A DNA stretch of 64,000 bases from Macrostomum lignano (taxonomy: Eukaryota): the NCBI GenBank assembly GCA_002269645.1, contig NIVC01000696.1, positions 62,001 through 126,000 of the forward strand. Reading direction: 5' to 3'. Position 1 is the stretch's first letter. Each line of letters starts with the position of its first letter. A program made the position numbers and the translations under genes. The notes under the pieces are model-generated. The model was not told the DNA's origin, searched no databases, and saw only the letters and a program-made list of their open reading frames with translations. Shown here in pieces: positions 10,502 through 23,185 of this stretch.

Positions 10502-12075
10502 CCGACAACAAAACGAATGGAACCGATGACTCCGACAGAGCCAGTTTCTATCTTCTGAGTGCTTTCCGTCTGCTTCTTTACTCCAACAACATTATGGCAG
10601 GCATCGGTGTTGTCATCAATTTCGTTAATTACCGCGTCTTCTGCCACAGCCCCGTCAGGAAGCACTACCTATCCAGGGTTCTCCGCCTGCTATCACTCAA
10701 CGACATGATGCTGCAGCTAATTTACCTGGTCACTGCCACCACAACCTTGCACGACAGTAACTTGTTCAGTTGCTATGTGATTACTTACTCATACAGCCTG
10801 CTAACCTTCCTCAGCGCCTGGCTGCTGGTTGGCATCAGTCTGGATCGCTTCATGTGCATTATACTGCCGGCGACCTACACGCCCAGAATCGGGTCCGAGA
10901 AGGCGTACCGACTTGTTATCATTTTTCTGGCGCTCGGCCTCGCATGGAGCATTCACGTATTTTTGCTAGTCGACTACCGCGTCGTGACCGAGATGGAGCC
11001 CGACCGCAAGTACTGCCGAATACAGACGTCCAAGATGACCTGGCACGCTCTGGACTCCGTAGTGAGCGCGATCGCACCCGGAGTGCTGCTGACGGTGATG
11101 AATTGCTACATCTGCTTCGCAGTTCGCTCGTTCTTCCGTCGTGTCCGGCTGAACAATCTGCGCGAGTCCGTCTTGTGCGACCGCGATCAGCTGGCCACCC
11201 TGCGACAGGGGCCCGCGCAGAGATGCGCTCACCAAGCCTGCTTTGTGTTTCAGCAGCAACAGGAACTACTGCTGAAGCAGCAACAGCAGCAGGAGCAGCG
11301 ACATCAACAGCAGAAACAACATTCTCCATCGGGAGAACAGCACTGTACCATTCAGACAGAAGTAAGAACCTTTCTGTCCCATGTCTATACATAACTATTC
11401 CTAATCCTACCTCACATCTTGTTATAATTAGGACTCAAGGCTCCAAAGCCTGTTCGATTATTGCTGTGTGCTCAGAATTATGGAAATTAATTGAGAGTGA
11501 AAGAAGTTGGTCGTTGGTCACTTCCAGTTTTCGCCAACTGAACCTCAAACCATCGATGACTAAAATTCGACGATTTTCGACGCTAGTAACTACTTGAAAA
11601 TGTCTGAGAAACTTTATACTAACCAATATCATTGATACCACAGGACTCTGGTGACGGGGCCAGCTCCTCAGATCAAAGCCGGCATCAGTCAAGTCAGCAA
11701 CAGTCACAGCAACAGCAGCAGCAACCGCAGATCGAGAAAGCAGAGGAATTGGCTAATGACACAGACGTGAACAACAATGCCAAGGAACTTCTCCGTCAGC
11801 AGTACCAAATCACCAGGATGTTGCTGATCTTCTGCCTGGCATACTTTCTGCTAAACCTGCCGCACTACCTGGCCCTGTTAGTAGCTCTGATCCGCTACCC
11901 ATTGGCTCCATACCGGATACTGCAGTTCAATGTCATGCGGTCCGTGGCGCAGCTGCTGTACTTTTTGCACTTCTCCACCAATTCGCTGATTTACGCCTAC
12001 GCCAATAAGCAGTTTCGCATTGCCTTCATCAGACTGGCTCGCAGGTGTCTCCGCTTTTGTTGTCGCAGGGGATGA
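10502..12075 (+). CDS. Rhodopsin-class (neuropeptide-receptor-like) GPCR 1
   Basis: Exons 10502-11361 and 11644-12075, phase-0 intron GTAAGA..CACAG with TACTAAC at 11617-11623. Seven hydrophobic segments, SLDRF in TM3, FxxxYFLLNLP in TM6, [13 protein letters not shown] in TM7, N-glycosylation sites NKT/NGT, poly-Gln in the third intracellular loop. The exon at 10502 needs an upstream phase-1 exon (candidate 8778-8838); otherwise the ATG at 10594 is used. Confidence 0.88.
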
Positions 12076-14409
12076 GCAGAGATTATTAATCAGCTAATTT
12101 TCAGCTAGTTGTAGAGCTGCATACCCGTACAGCTGTCCCACTTTTTCGAAGTCATCGACTTCGCTGTCAAATATGCACTTTTACATTGCTGACATATGAC
12201 GTCGTTATTAGTCGATGTAAGGTAAAAGTACATATTCTTCGCCGACGTCTAATTGATGTACTGGATATTGGGCATGTTGGTAACCCGCACTGCTGTTAAA
12301 TGTTTACACAGCTAAAGAAAAGAAAGCAGAAGCTTTTCATTAATTATTTACAAACAATGCTCTAAAAATTGATAATATTTTATTGAAATTCTTTACACAG
12401 TAATGCTATCCTTGTTAAAGAAAACCAGAAATGACTCAAGAATGCTAACTAAGTAATAAATTCATGCGCTCGTATCGTTCGCTTCTTCGTTTCGTGAAAA
12501 AACGAATAATTAAGCTTTATTTAAGCTTTAGGTGATGAAATATGTATTTCAATGCTTTTCTCTTACTTGGTGTACCTGAAAAAGTAAGTGTTGTATCATT
12601 AGTAGAACTTGAGTGTCGTTTGAATGTTTAAAGCACCAAGAGTCGAAACACTCTGCTTCCTGCACGCTTTCTTCTGCTTCTTCTAGAAGTGACACTGCAG
12701 CTGTTCCCGATCTCTTGCCATGGTTTTGTTGAGTACAAGTTATGAAAAATTACATTTAATGCTTTGATATTCACAGTTTTTGTGCTATTGTTTAACACCA
12801 TATAATTCATGATAACCATACTAACTTTTCAATTGCCGTTTTTGAAATTATCTATATAGATGTAACTGTACTTCACTTGACTATATTTAATCGTATTTAT
12901 CCACAGCCACGATAACATAACTGTCTGTTTTTCGTACTCTGACATGTACATTTGCTTTTCCCTTCACAATTAAAAGCTCTGAATGACGAATGCACATGCT
13001 TTATACATATTGGGTTTAAATTTTGAGCTAAACCTGCCAAGTAAGACATAGCAATGAAATGTCCAACTTCCGTCCATCTTTACGACGACGTCTAAAGCTA
13101 ATAACAATTTCATTTGCAATTTAAGTCCCGATGGACTAACGAATCAACGAGAGCTCGAGCACAGAACCGGAACTCGTGTGCAGGGTGTTTGTCCGGCGAG
13201 AGTAACTGAGCCGCTAAATAATTGTTCAATTTGAGGCTGCCTATAAATTTGATTGCTTAGCAAGCTGGCTTTGAATTGCTGGTAAATTGGGGCAAAATTA
13301 GCCGTCAATTAGGCGTGTAGCGGACGCGGACAGTTAAGTCTGTCGATTCAATGCAGACTCTGCCCCATACGATTGGTGTATTTGGCGGAATCGTTTTAGG
13401 CAAAATAACTTCCGACGCGCAGTGAAGCGCATAGGGTGTACAGCGTGTACCCTGACCTTCTCGTGGTCTCTTGTAAATCTGCACTGCTGAAATCTATGTC
13501 TGATGAAGTCTGGAGTTGAAGCCTTGAATTGATATACCAAAATGACAATCGGATCTGCACTGCAATAGAATCAGATCCTGCTAATGAGTATGAGAAAAGT
13601 TTGTGCGGCTGGTAGTGCTTCAGAATTCTTTCAGACTTCACCTGTCAGCATGTTTCACTAAATTACATCCGGATAGATGCGATATTTTACCTCGTCAACA
13701 GCTCGTCACGCGGATGCCAGAGACACATCGTTAATCCGTAGAGAAACACCGTGCACTTTTATTTCCCTGGGAATGAACTTCTTGAGTCCAAAAAAAGCTG
13801 AAAAATGATTGGAAACTCTTTTTGCTTAAAAAAGCAGTTTTCGGGCCCAGTTTTTCTCTTCTTAAAGCCAAAATTTCAATTTGCAAATGAAGCCAGCGTC
13901 CTATAGGTGAATCGGATTTTCAAAGTAGACCTCGCAAACGCGTTGAGTATAAGGGTTTGTGATGATGGCTACTTATATGGAGCACAAGGTTATTTAGTTG
14001 TCAGTCAATGAGAGTTTAGGGGCATGGTCGTGCTTGCGGCCAAGCCAAATCGAGCGCTTGTATTTTGGAACTGAAAGATGGTATTGATATACCAGCTTAC
14101 AACTCAAAGGATTAACAAAGTTTGGACATAGACACAGTTTAAGCACATACGTATTGACTGCATTAACGAATCATAAGGCATAACAGGGTTTTCATTTGTT
14201 AACAGAAAACCGTCAAGAAAGAACACTCAAGAAGGAGGATGGAACTGTCATTTCTTGGAATTTCCGCGATCGGAAAAAGAAGATGAGAATTTGGCGCTAA
14301 AAATGTTTGCGAGTCCAGCAACCTTTCACTTACTTCTTTTTACTGTTTTGTCGATGTGTCTAAAAAATTCAAAATATATTTGGCTTTTTTCTACGTTCTG
14401 TGTATAGCA

Positions 14410-14940
14410 TTGAAACTTTTTTGTAATAATAACCTTGCTTGATGTTCCAGCCTGGGTTGCCGGACTCTTTGCTGGACCCGTTCCTCGAGGCTATCCTGCA
14501 GACCCTGACGGCCTGCCCTGACGGCCATAGGGCGGCGTTGTTCCAGGCGGTGATCGAGACCTTCCTGTTGTACAACGCCGAGACCTGGACGCTGACGAAT
14601 TCGCTCGAACAGCAGGTCGATGCGGCGCATGCTGGCCTGCTGCGCGCCGCTTACAAGAACGGCTACGAGCGAGTCACCAATGCGGCACTCTATCGCCGCA
14701 CGGCCTGTCCCGTCCCAGCGAACTGTTGCGCCGTCGGCGACTCCAGCTGGCAGACAATATTATCCGAGCCAAGTCGTACTGCTTGCACCTGCTCGCAGCC
14801 GGTGCAGGAGATTCTGTTGCTCTTGCTGCAGGTACCCTGCAGATCAACGTTTCGTCGACTACTTGCTGGCTGATGCCTGCGCCCTGTAACGTTGTCTCAT
14901 GCCTGACTGGCTGACAACGTATTTTGTTGTTGTTGCTGTT
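14410..14940 (+). mobile_element. RTE-like non-LTR retrotransposon 3' fragment
   Basis: LFQAVIETFLLYNAETWTLT..LLRAA..VTNAALY and, after a frameshift, RRRLQLA..IR match the RTE-type RT C-terminal region. It ends in a (TTG)n tail near 14925-14940. Confidence 0.78.
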
Positions 14941-15729
14941 GGACAAGACAGAGGCTTGCAGTTGTGAATAGTAGTCGTAGTTCCAACTCGAACTCTAGAG
15001 TAATACGCTCGTAACTCAGGAGATCGAGCAGGTGGTTAGGCAGAATGCTGTAATTCTGACCTTTCTTACAGACTCGATGTGCAAGTTCCGCTCTAAGCAA
15101 GAGCCAAGAGCCTTACAACTCTAATCTTTCTGTGACTTCTCTACAATTTTGCGCAGCTTGCGAGCCTACAGGAATTCCTTTCTCTAGCCGGCTTTCTTAT
15201 ATGGGAAACCTTAAAGCTTGAAGCCCGCATCGCGTATACTCAAGTTGCTCCCGAGAAGCAACAAGAAAATTAGAGCAGTATACTGCAGAACGCACTGACA
15301 GTCAGTTATAGGCATTCATATTCGATAGACAACAAACCTTTCCGGATATCAAGCCAAGAAAAAGCAATGAAAATTGAGCAGCTTTCACAGTCCGTAAACA
15401 ACTCCAGTCTCGGCAGATTTAAATAAAAATTTTATGACATCGAGCTTCAGCTTTGCTGCCTAATCTAATATTTTAAAAGCAAGTGGATTTCTCATCATAG
15501 AGTTGCACGCATTTTCATCTACTGCTCAAAGTAGTATCTCATGGAAAAGTCATGGATCAGATGTAAAAATGCAAGAGATGTCGTATTAATAACTCAGGAA
15601 ACCTCTAAAATCGATATTTCGTTGCAAAGTGTAAACTGTGCAATCTTTTTATTTTGTTTTACACAGTAATACGTTGGATCCTCAGTTGATCAATATTGCT
15701 TTGCAGAACCTGTGATTTTTGAGTCCCAT

Positions 15730-16172
15730 TTCGGACTCAACCGCAGGGACATCAGGGCAGTGACCTCTCAGGTCATGGCTCTCTTGCCTGGCACCGCCAC
15801 CTACAGGGAAAATTCATAGTAAGGAATGCCCATTCTGCATCTCCAGAGTGGTGAAGTGTTGTAACACTTCATCTGTGAATGCCTCCCCTTTACTCAGGGC
15901 AGGCTCACCTACCTCGGCCCAAACCCGGACCTCTCCGACATTTTCAGGCCCGAGAACTTTTTCCAGCTCGTCCGCTACCTAAGGGCTACCGGGCGAGCGA
16001 CCATCCACCTCCGGAGGGGGACTGCGCTGTGGACACCGGCACCACCGGATCTCCCTGCGCGACACCGCAGCACCAGCTGCCCGTGGTCGCCATGGGTTAG
16101 CGGAATGGGCGGCGACGCATCCCCGCTGCATCCGGATGCCTGGAACCCCCTGCAGCTGAGTCAAATAAGTCT
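15730..16172 (+). mobile_element. Non-LTR retrotransposon 3' end (Cys/His knuckle plus 3' UTR)
   Basis: Frameshifted SGHGSLAWH..CPFC..HFICECLPFTQGRLTYLG..LVRYLRATGR. The 3' UTR GGTTAGCGGAATGGGCG..CCCTGCAGCTGAGTCAAATAAGTC matches the end of the 32690-33330 element. Confidence 0.65.
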
Positions 16173-17052
16173 CTCAACGCTGCAGATTAATCCAGCGGTG
16201 AGCTGTATTTCATATAAGCAAAGCCAGATAAAGCAAAAAATTGCCAGAGCAGATTGAGAGAAACACTCGGACTGATTAGAATCGCGGCTCAGCCCCTGAC
16301 CAAGCCTTGGTATCAAGTGGTTCAAGATACGAATGCGGGCCTCAGCCGCTCCAGATCAATTCCTAATCACGATGAAGCCGTCTTTATTACCAATGCCAAT
16401 TCCATCTTCTTTGAGTAGCGCACAGTGTCCAGAGCAACATCGTATTAGTCAACATAGACCGGAGCGACTGCTCAGGCAAAGGCCAACCGTCTTATCGGCT
16501 GCTCCAGGGCTCCGACTTCGTGACCGGATCGCTTCTCAGAAAGCTGCTGCCTACATGTAAGATCTGAGCATTAGAAAGAGCAGGATGGATTCAAGCGCTC
16601 ACAACGTAGCCTTTTCTCAGAAGCTGAGTCTATCAAAGTATAGAAATTAAATCCAACTAATTTTCAAGGACAAGTTAACTATCAGTTACTATATTATACT
16701 TCTAACAGTACATTGAAGAATGATCACTGGTTGTAAAAAGACGAGACGAGAGTCTTAGTATTTTTTGAAGAATTCAACGCATTGAATAGAGTTCTACCAC
16801 GGACAACTTTAAAGTCCCCTTATAAAAATACATACTGGAGCGATTCAAAGTTACCAACTCAAAGTTAATAACTTTTTTTTGAATTATTAGAATAGTTCCT
16901 GTAAGCAAGCATGCTATTGAAATACATTTATTTTCATGTATGCGAGCTGTGAGTAAGAAGATTATAGCGCATGCAACTACACTATGCTATACTCTGTTCT
17001 GTCCCAGACCTGCTGTGCCTGCTTGTACGTACGGCGTACTCGCACACGTACA

Positions 17053-17289
17053 CCCAGTGTCCCAGTGTCCCAGTGTCCCAGTGTCCCAGTGTCCCAGTGT
17101 CCCAGTGTCCCAGTGTCCCAGTGTCCCAGTGTCCCAGTGTCCCAGTGTCCCAGTGTCCCAGTGTCCCAGTGTCCCAGTGTCCCAGTGTCCCAGTGTCCCA
17201 GTGTCCCAGTGTCCCAGTGTCCCAGTGTCCCAGTGTCCCAGTGTCCCAGTGTCCCAGTGTCCCAGTGTCCCAGTGTCCCAGTGTCCCAG
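17053..17289. repeat. 9-bp tandem array (CCAGTGTCC)n, about 26 copies
   Basis: Perfect repeat, directly visible. Confidence 0.98.
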
Positions 17290-17330
17290 GTCATTCTGTT
17301 CTCGGCTACGCTTGCCAAACCACCCAGAGC

Positions 17331-17833
17331 CTACATCACTATCAGTATAGCTACATCACTATCAGTATAGCTACATCACTATCATTATAGCTACATCACT
17401 ATCAGTATAGCTACATCACTATCAGTATAGCTACATCACTATCAGTATAGCTACATCACTATCAGTATAGCTACATCACTATCAGTATAGCTACATCACT
17501 ATCAGTATAGCTACATCACTATCAGTATAGCTACATCACTATCAGTATAGCTACATCACTATCAGTATAGCTACATCACTATCAGTATAGCTACATCACT
17601 ATCAGTATAGCTACATCACTATCAGTATAGCTACATCACTATCAGTATAGCTACATCACTATCAGTATAGCTACATCACTATCAGTATAGCTACATCACT
17701 ATCAGTATAGCTACATCACTATCAGTATAGCTACATCACTATCAGTATAGCTACATCACTATCAGTATAGCTACATCACTATCAGTATAGCTACATCACT
17801 ATCAGTATAGCTACATCACTATCAGTATAGCTA
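17331..17833. repeat. 20-bp tandem array (CTACATCACTATCAGTATAG)n, about 25 copies
   Basis: Near-perfect repeat with one G>T variant at 17381-17390. Confidence 0.98.
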
Positions 17834-18372
17834 ATCAAACTTTTCCGAGGCTAATCGTCCGAAGTTCTGCGGCTTTTCTATAACTTCCGATTGTAAATTT
17901 TGTCACAGCTGCTGATTTGAAACGTTTCTGTACAAGTGCAATTTCTCTTTAGCTAGGATTGTACGCTTGTACTTTTATTCCGGCAATCTGCTGGAGTGTG
18001 GTTTACAGTTGAGTATTCGACCATCATGGGGAACTCTCCAATTAAAGTGATTTTAAGCTACAATCGCCAGCATATTTACATGCATCACATTGACACGCGA
18101 CTGTTTATCCAATGTTACAAGCAGTGAACCTACTAAGAAAGCATTTCGTATCAGGAGTAGTGATGTGGACAGCTTTTTAACTGATCATGAGTTTCTTCTA
18201 CTTTAATAAAAAGGATTGACTACTCGTATATGTAGTCTACATGTAATATAGAATTGACTTGCTTATAAGAGCGAATCCAGGAAATTAAGATTAAAAAGTT
18301 TATCCTATAAAAAAGAAAATGTTCACAATTTTTTTGTCTTTACCGAGCCAAAACTTTCTGCTAGGGATTCGC

Positions 18373-19992
18373 CTAGTTGTTCTGCTCTATCTCTATCTGA
18401 TCGGTCTGGGACACGTTCCGGCTGACGGTCAGTCTGATAGTCTCCGGAGGCGATCGCGACGCCCCTGCCATTTCCCGACGGGCCGCCCGCGTCTGAACTC
18501 GACTGGTTGCCACCGCAGCAGCTCCGGTCGTTGTTGAGGCTCCGTTGGGACGCCCGCCGCCACGTAGGCAACAGCTGAGAAACCGGCGGAACTCGGTGCG
18601 GAAATTTCGACAGGCTAAGTTGTAGATGACAGGATTCAGGCAGTAGTTTAGGTAGAAAAGCAGTCTCAGCAGATCCACAGTTAGGTTGGACAGGTAGTCC
18701 GCAACCATCTTGTAGCACTTAGTGCTTGCTAAGCACAAAGCGAGGCTGCGAAACGGCATTGTGGTGAAGAAGTACACCGCGGCCACAATCACACTAAAGT
18801 ACACTACCCTGCGCCGGTGCTTTAAAGCAACGCTATTTGTAGCGCAGCAGGTCTGATTGGTGCGACGCGGTGTTTGCTGCTGCGATTGCTGCTGGGAAGC
18901 TGCGCAGCTTTGGCCACTGAGCCTAGCGGGTAGAGACAGCCTAAAATTTTAAATTAAAGAGCTCGTGTGCTTTGCTCCTTCAACTGGTACGGTACTTTTG
19001 CATCTTAACGCCCTCGCGTCGTCCATAAGCGCTTTAGAAGTTCTTTGTGCCTAAATTCTTAGTTGTTAGCTGCAAAAGCACTTTAATAAATGTCTTAAAT
19101 TTCACTTTCTATATTCTATCCTTGGGAGCAATTCACTTCTTCCCTTTAAATTACCCTAATCCCCTGAACGTCACCTAGCTCCTGAAGGGTGTCGTTGCCG
19201 CTGCTGCTGCTGCCGCGGCTGCTCGCCATGCTTGCCTCGCAGATGTTGAAACGAGCGCACCAGTCGGCAGAAAACCAATGCATAGAGAACGGCGGTCAGG
19301 CCAAGAGGAAGGAACAACTCTGTCACCGTGTTCAGCACGTAGAATGTTCCCTGCTTCATCGCAGATGCTATGAGACTGTGATTTGCCGGCGGCAGATTGC
19401 AAATGTACAATGTGGTGCCATTTTCTGTGTCTGATACTCTGACAAGGAAGGCGGTGAAGAAGAAGGGCAGGGGCACAGCCAGCGACAGAAGCCAGAGCAG
19501 CACCAGAGCGCCCGATCGAAGGCTCCTTTTGGCCAGCAGTATTGGCGCTTTCAGCGGGTACCAGACAACAACGAATCGTTCAATGGCCACGAGAACAATG
19601 CACAAGCTCGACGCCATGGTGAACACGTGTTCCAGCCAGAAGCTTAGCTTGCCTATAATAAAATATGCAGTTGTGACGAAGTGATACACAATCAATGGTT
19701 TCGGTGCAGTAGCATCTGTGCGAAGTTGTCTAAACTTACAGACAATTTCCGGCTTGTACACCCTGCGAAAATCCACCAGGATGCCGTGCGGCACGCACAC
19801 AGCCAAGGACAAAGTGTCCGCAACAGCCAAGTTGACCATTAGTGCGTTCACTCTGGTGTGCAACTGGCGACTGCTGATGATCACGGCTATGACCAACAGA
19901 TTGCCGGCTAGGCCGAAGGTCATGATAGTCAGTTTCGTAGCAAACAGAAACACCGTATACGGGTCAAACTCTGTAGCTGTGTCGTTGAACAT
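18373..19992 (-). CDS. Rhodopsin-class neuropeptide GPCR 2 (ETH-receptor/TRH-receptor-like)
   Basis: Exons 19992-19740, 19652-19175 and 18940-18373, with matching phases (GTAAGT..TATAG; GTGACG..TTTTAG). Motifs GNLLVI (TM1), LAVAD (TM2), VCKL, AIERF..PLKA (TM3), LFYLNYCLNPVIYN..FR (TM7). Subfamily call is from recalled similarity only. Confidence 0.88.
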
Positions 19993-20426
19993 TTTCAGTT
20001 TTGCTGAATAGTCTCAATATGACAGGGCAGAGCCTTGGCTCAGCCTTGGGGCCACAACACGGAAATATATACTCCATCCCAAGTGGGCCGGGGAGGGGTC
20101 TCCAAATTTTTATCTCGATTGGCTTAGCAGGAGAGGGGCTGTTCAGAGAGTTGATGATGTGAGCGGTTTCTGATTTAAATTTCTGTTTCATCAATTTGTA
20201 AGTAGCCATTAGTAGGGGGCGATCCGGTAAATTTCCATGAGCTTTTAGCTAAATGCTTGTGATGAATTATGTAGGATATATAGGAATTATGTAGGAATTA
20301 TGTAGGATCACTATGATCTTAGCAATGCATGCAATGCTTTTTCATTCTAGCTTAACATGCTGTTTAGCAAGAAAAGCCAAATGCATAAATCTGCACGAGA
20401 TATGAGTGGTTGTTTCCTGGGACTGA

Positions 20427-20750
20427 GGCAGTTGTAGCTTCGTGATTAGAGCGTCGGACTCAAAGTTGGAAGGTCGGGGGTTCGATTCTAGACCCACTAA
20501 GAAGAAAAATTCGCGTCCTTGAGCAAGAAATTTAGCTCTGCATTGCTTCAGTTCACCCAGCTGTAAAATGGGTGCCAGCATTAGCTGGGGTAATTGAGGG
20601 TGTGTGGTGACCCCCCCTTCCAGTCCTTGGACTGAACAGCCGTACACAGCCTTCAGATGCGCCGCGCCGCGCAATAGCTGCGGCTGAGCTGACGGTGGCA
20701 CATCTGCCATTAGTGCAGGTGTAATCAATTATTGTTTTTATATTATTTAC
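20427..20750 (+). mobile_element. tRNA-derived SINE, group 1, full length
   Basis: A and B boxes, shared core, 3' domain (CAGCCTTCAGATGCGCCGCGC..GCTGAGCTG..GCACATCTG) and an AT-rich tail. Collinear with the reverse complement of 58128-58410. Confidence 0.82.
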
Positions 20751-22182
20751 TATTCTTAAGATAACAGCCTAATAAAACATTTCACTAATTTAAGTCAGAA
20801 TAAGAAAATCAATTAGGCTGTAGGGAAACTTCAATAATATGGACTATTATTGAGCAACTAAGGTTTTGTTCATTTTGCTCCTTTTTGCAGAAGGGAAAAT
20901 TTTCAGGATTCGTAATGGTTAATTTTGTGTTTTTGAAAAATTTAATATCATCTACCGAGGATCTGCAGTGCTTGCGAAATGTCAGGCGATATGAGCAAGC
21001 TTATACGAGTATTGACCCTGAGCATGTGACATTATTTCATCCATCGGTTCAAAGGCGTCTTAAGTAAAGATTTTCCCAGAACCATGTGAGGATTTCATAT
21101 TGTCAAAAATTTTGCTAGTTGGCCACAATTCTCCTATATTTCTGCAATTAAAAATTGAATCTATTGAAATTTGCGGGTGAAGCAACGCTACTTATAGTAG
21201 CGTAGAAGCGTAATAATCTGTCGCTTTTTTAATCTTCGTTGCTGAATATTGGAGTATTACAATCTGTAAATTATTGAAAATTGATTATTAAATTATTATA
21301 AAATACTACAACTCAAGTTACTCAACACAGTAGAGAAATATAAAAAATAACAAATTTGCACATCGAAATAGAGGAAATTATATTCCACAGCGTGCTAGCA
21401 GTTGGTCGTTTGGGAGCATTATAGTTTTATACAGCTCTATGTAATTAACAAATCGTCAATGCTGACTCACCCTGTCTGTCAATATTGCCGTACTCAAATT
21501 CAAATTCACTCTCGCATTTTGCTAACCGGAAACTCAAGCAAACTCAGAGGCTCGTCAGCGCATGCGAAAAACGTTCTTGTTCATCTGTCCAAGGTCGATG
21601 GCAATTTAATAATTAATTTTCAGCCTCTGTCTGATAATTCAATGTTGCGCTTGGCACTTTCTAGTATCGCTTGAAATATTAAACAAAACGCGTGAGCATC
21701 CATTTTTTCCGCGACAATGGAATTCTAATATTACCGGGCTGCCAATGCATTAGCCACTCAAACATTCTAACCCTGTTGAAGTCCCGCCTGTTCTGATGAA
21801 ACATTGATGCCAAATTAGTCTCCGAGCGAAGCAACTAATCCGCACCTGGCCCTCACATCTCACAGTTAATTTTTTTCGAGTCGGTTCGTTTCACCAGCCA
21901 CCTTGCATGAAATTTACTCTCGAGCTAAATCGACAGATTTGAAATGTCGATTATATGCGATATTCGCTGCTCAATACTCGCTAATAATGCTCAAATGTGC
22001 AAAACGCGGCAATTGATAAGGGTATTAGGCAACGGGAGCACTGGAAGGTCACGATCCCCACTCAGACGGCCGCGACAATTTGAAACGTTTACTGTACTGT
22101 TCCTGACTTTGGCCACTTAAGCACGATCGAATTAGGCCTGCTCTTCAACACCTGTCAACGTGGGCGGTACATGTAGATAATA

Positions 22183-22436
22183 AAAATAACTGATTGCACC
22201 TACCCTATTGGTCAGATGTGCAACCGACAGCTCAGCCACAAGTATATTTCGTTGCGCATCTGAAGGCTGTCCATTCCAAGAACTGGGGGGTCGCCACACG
22301 CACCCTTAATTACCCCAGCTAATGCCGGCACCCATTTTACAGTTGGGTGAACTGAAGCAATGCAGAGTTAAGTGTCTTGCTCAAGGACACAAATTGTTCC
22401 GTGAGTCCGACATGAGTCCAACCACTAGGCTATAAC
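22183..22436 (-). mobile_element. tRNA-derived SINE, group 1 (internal head deletion)
   Basis: The reverse complement aligns along most of its length with 20427-20750. Confidence 0.8.
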
Positions 22437-23185
22437 GATGCTAGGTACACGTAGAGGCTGTCGAAATAAACTATCTGATGGCTACCGGACAAGGAGACAC
22501 TCATGCACAAAATGTCTCGAGAACTTTAAAAAGTTCCGCTCTATGAAATTGAAGTTTTATCGATACTCATTCACTGTATCAATTATCAAGTAAACCTTGC
22601 AGGTGCAGAATGGCTAATGGCTAAGCGTGATCTTGCGTCAAATGAGCTAGCTATATTAAAAAAAGGAAAGTGTCACTTATCCATCGTATTTCATTTCCTA
22701 TCCTCGCACTCAGGCTCTTTAGCCTACAGGAAAAGCTCGTTTTCATTTCGGTCCACTGAGCGAGCGCAGACCGCAGAGTTCTGTAGCGAGTATAGATGCA
22801 CTTAGACACGGATTTCAAGCTTATGGCAATACTTTTCAACCATGAAAAACCACAATCGTAAAAAACACGCTGATGAGTAAGGAGCCTGACAGAGACTGTC
22901 GGACTAGTGAAAAATGTACTTCTTCTACCAAGAAAGGTCTACTTTCTTGTTGTTGTTTTTGTCATGACTAACAGTGACTAACAGACTTTCGCCTGTCTAA
23001 TTGGTAAAGATTTTCTATCGCAAATCGTGGCCTGATTGGCCCACAGATTTTACTGGAGAAAATCCGTATATAGAGCTGCTCCCTGGCTCATTGCTCAAAA
23101 TCTGTGCTCGGAGATCTACGAGCGTATGTGATTGACAGCATCAGTTGTTTATCATCCTAATCATCGGTGCGACTGGTGCTAAGAA

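Noticed and set aside
10770-11597. Long alternative-frame and antisense ORFs over GPCR 1 (also over GPCR 3, MDH2 and GLUT)
   Set aside because: Expected shadows of GC-rich coding sequence with no independent signatures.
13334-13800. Short minus-strand ORFs that might be a decayed transposase
   Set aside because: No motif I can name. Left unassigned.
16940-17390. Four overlapping ORFs (QCPSVPVS, WDTGTLGH repeats)
   Set aside because: Translations of the 9-bp array in several frames.
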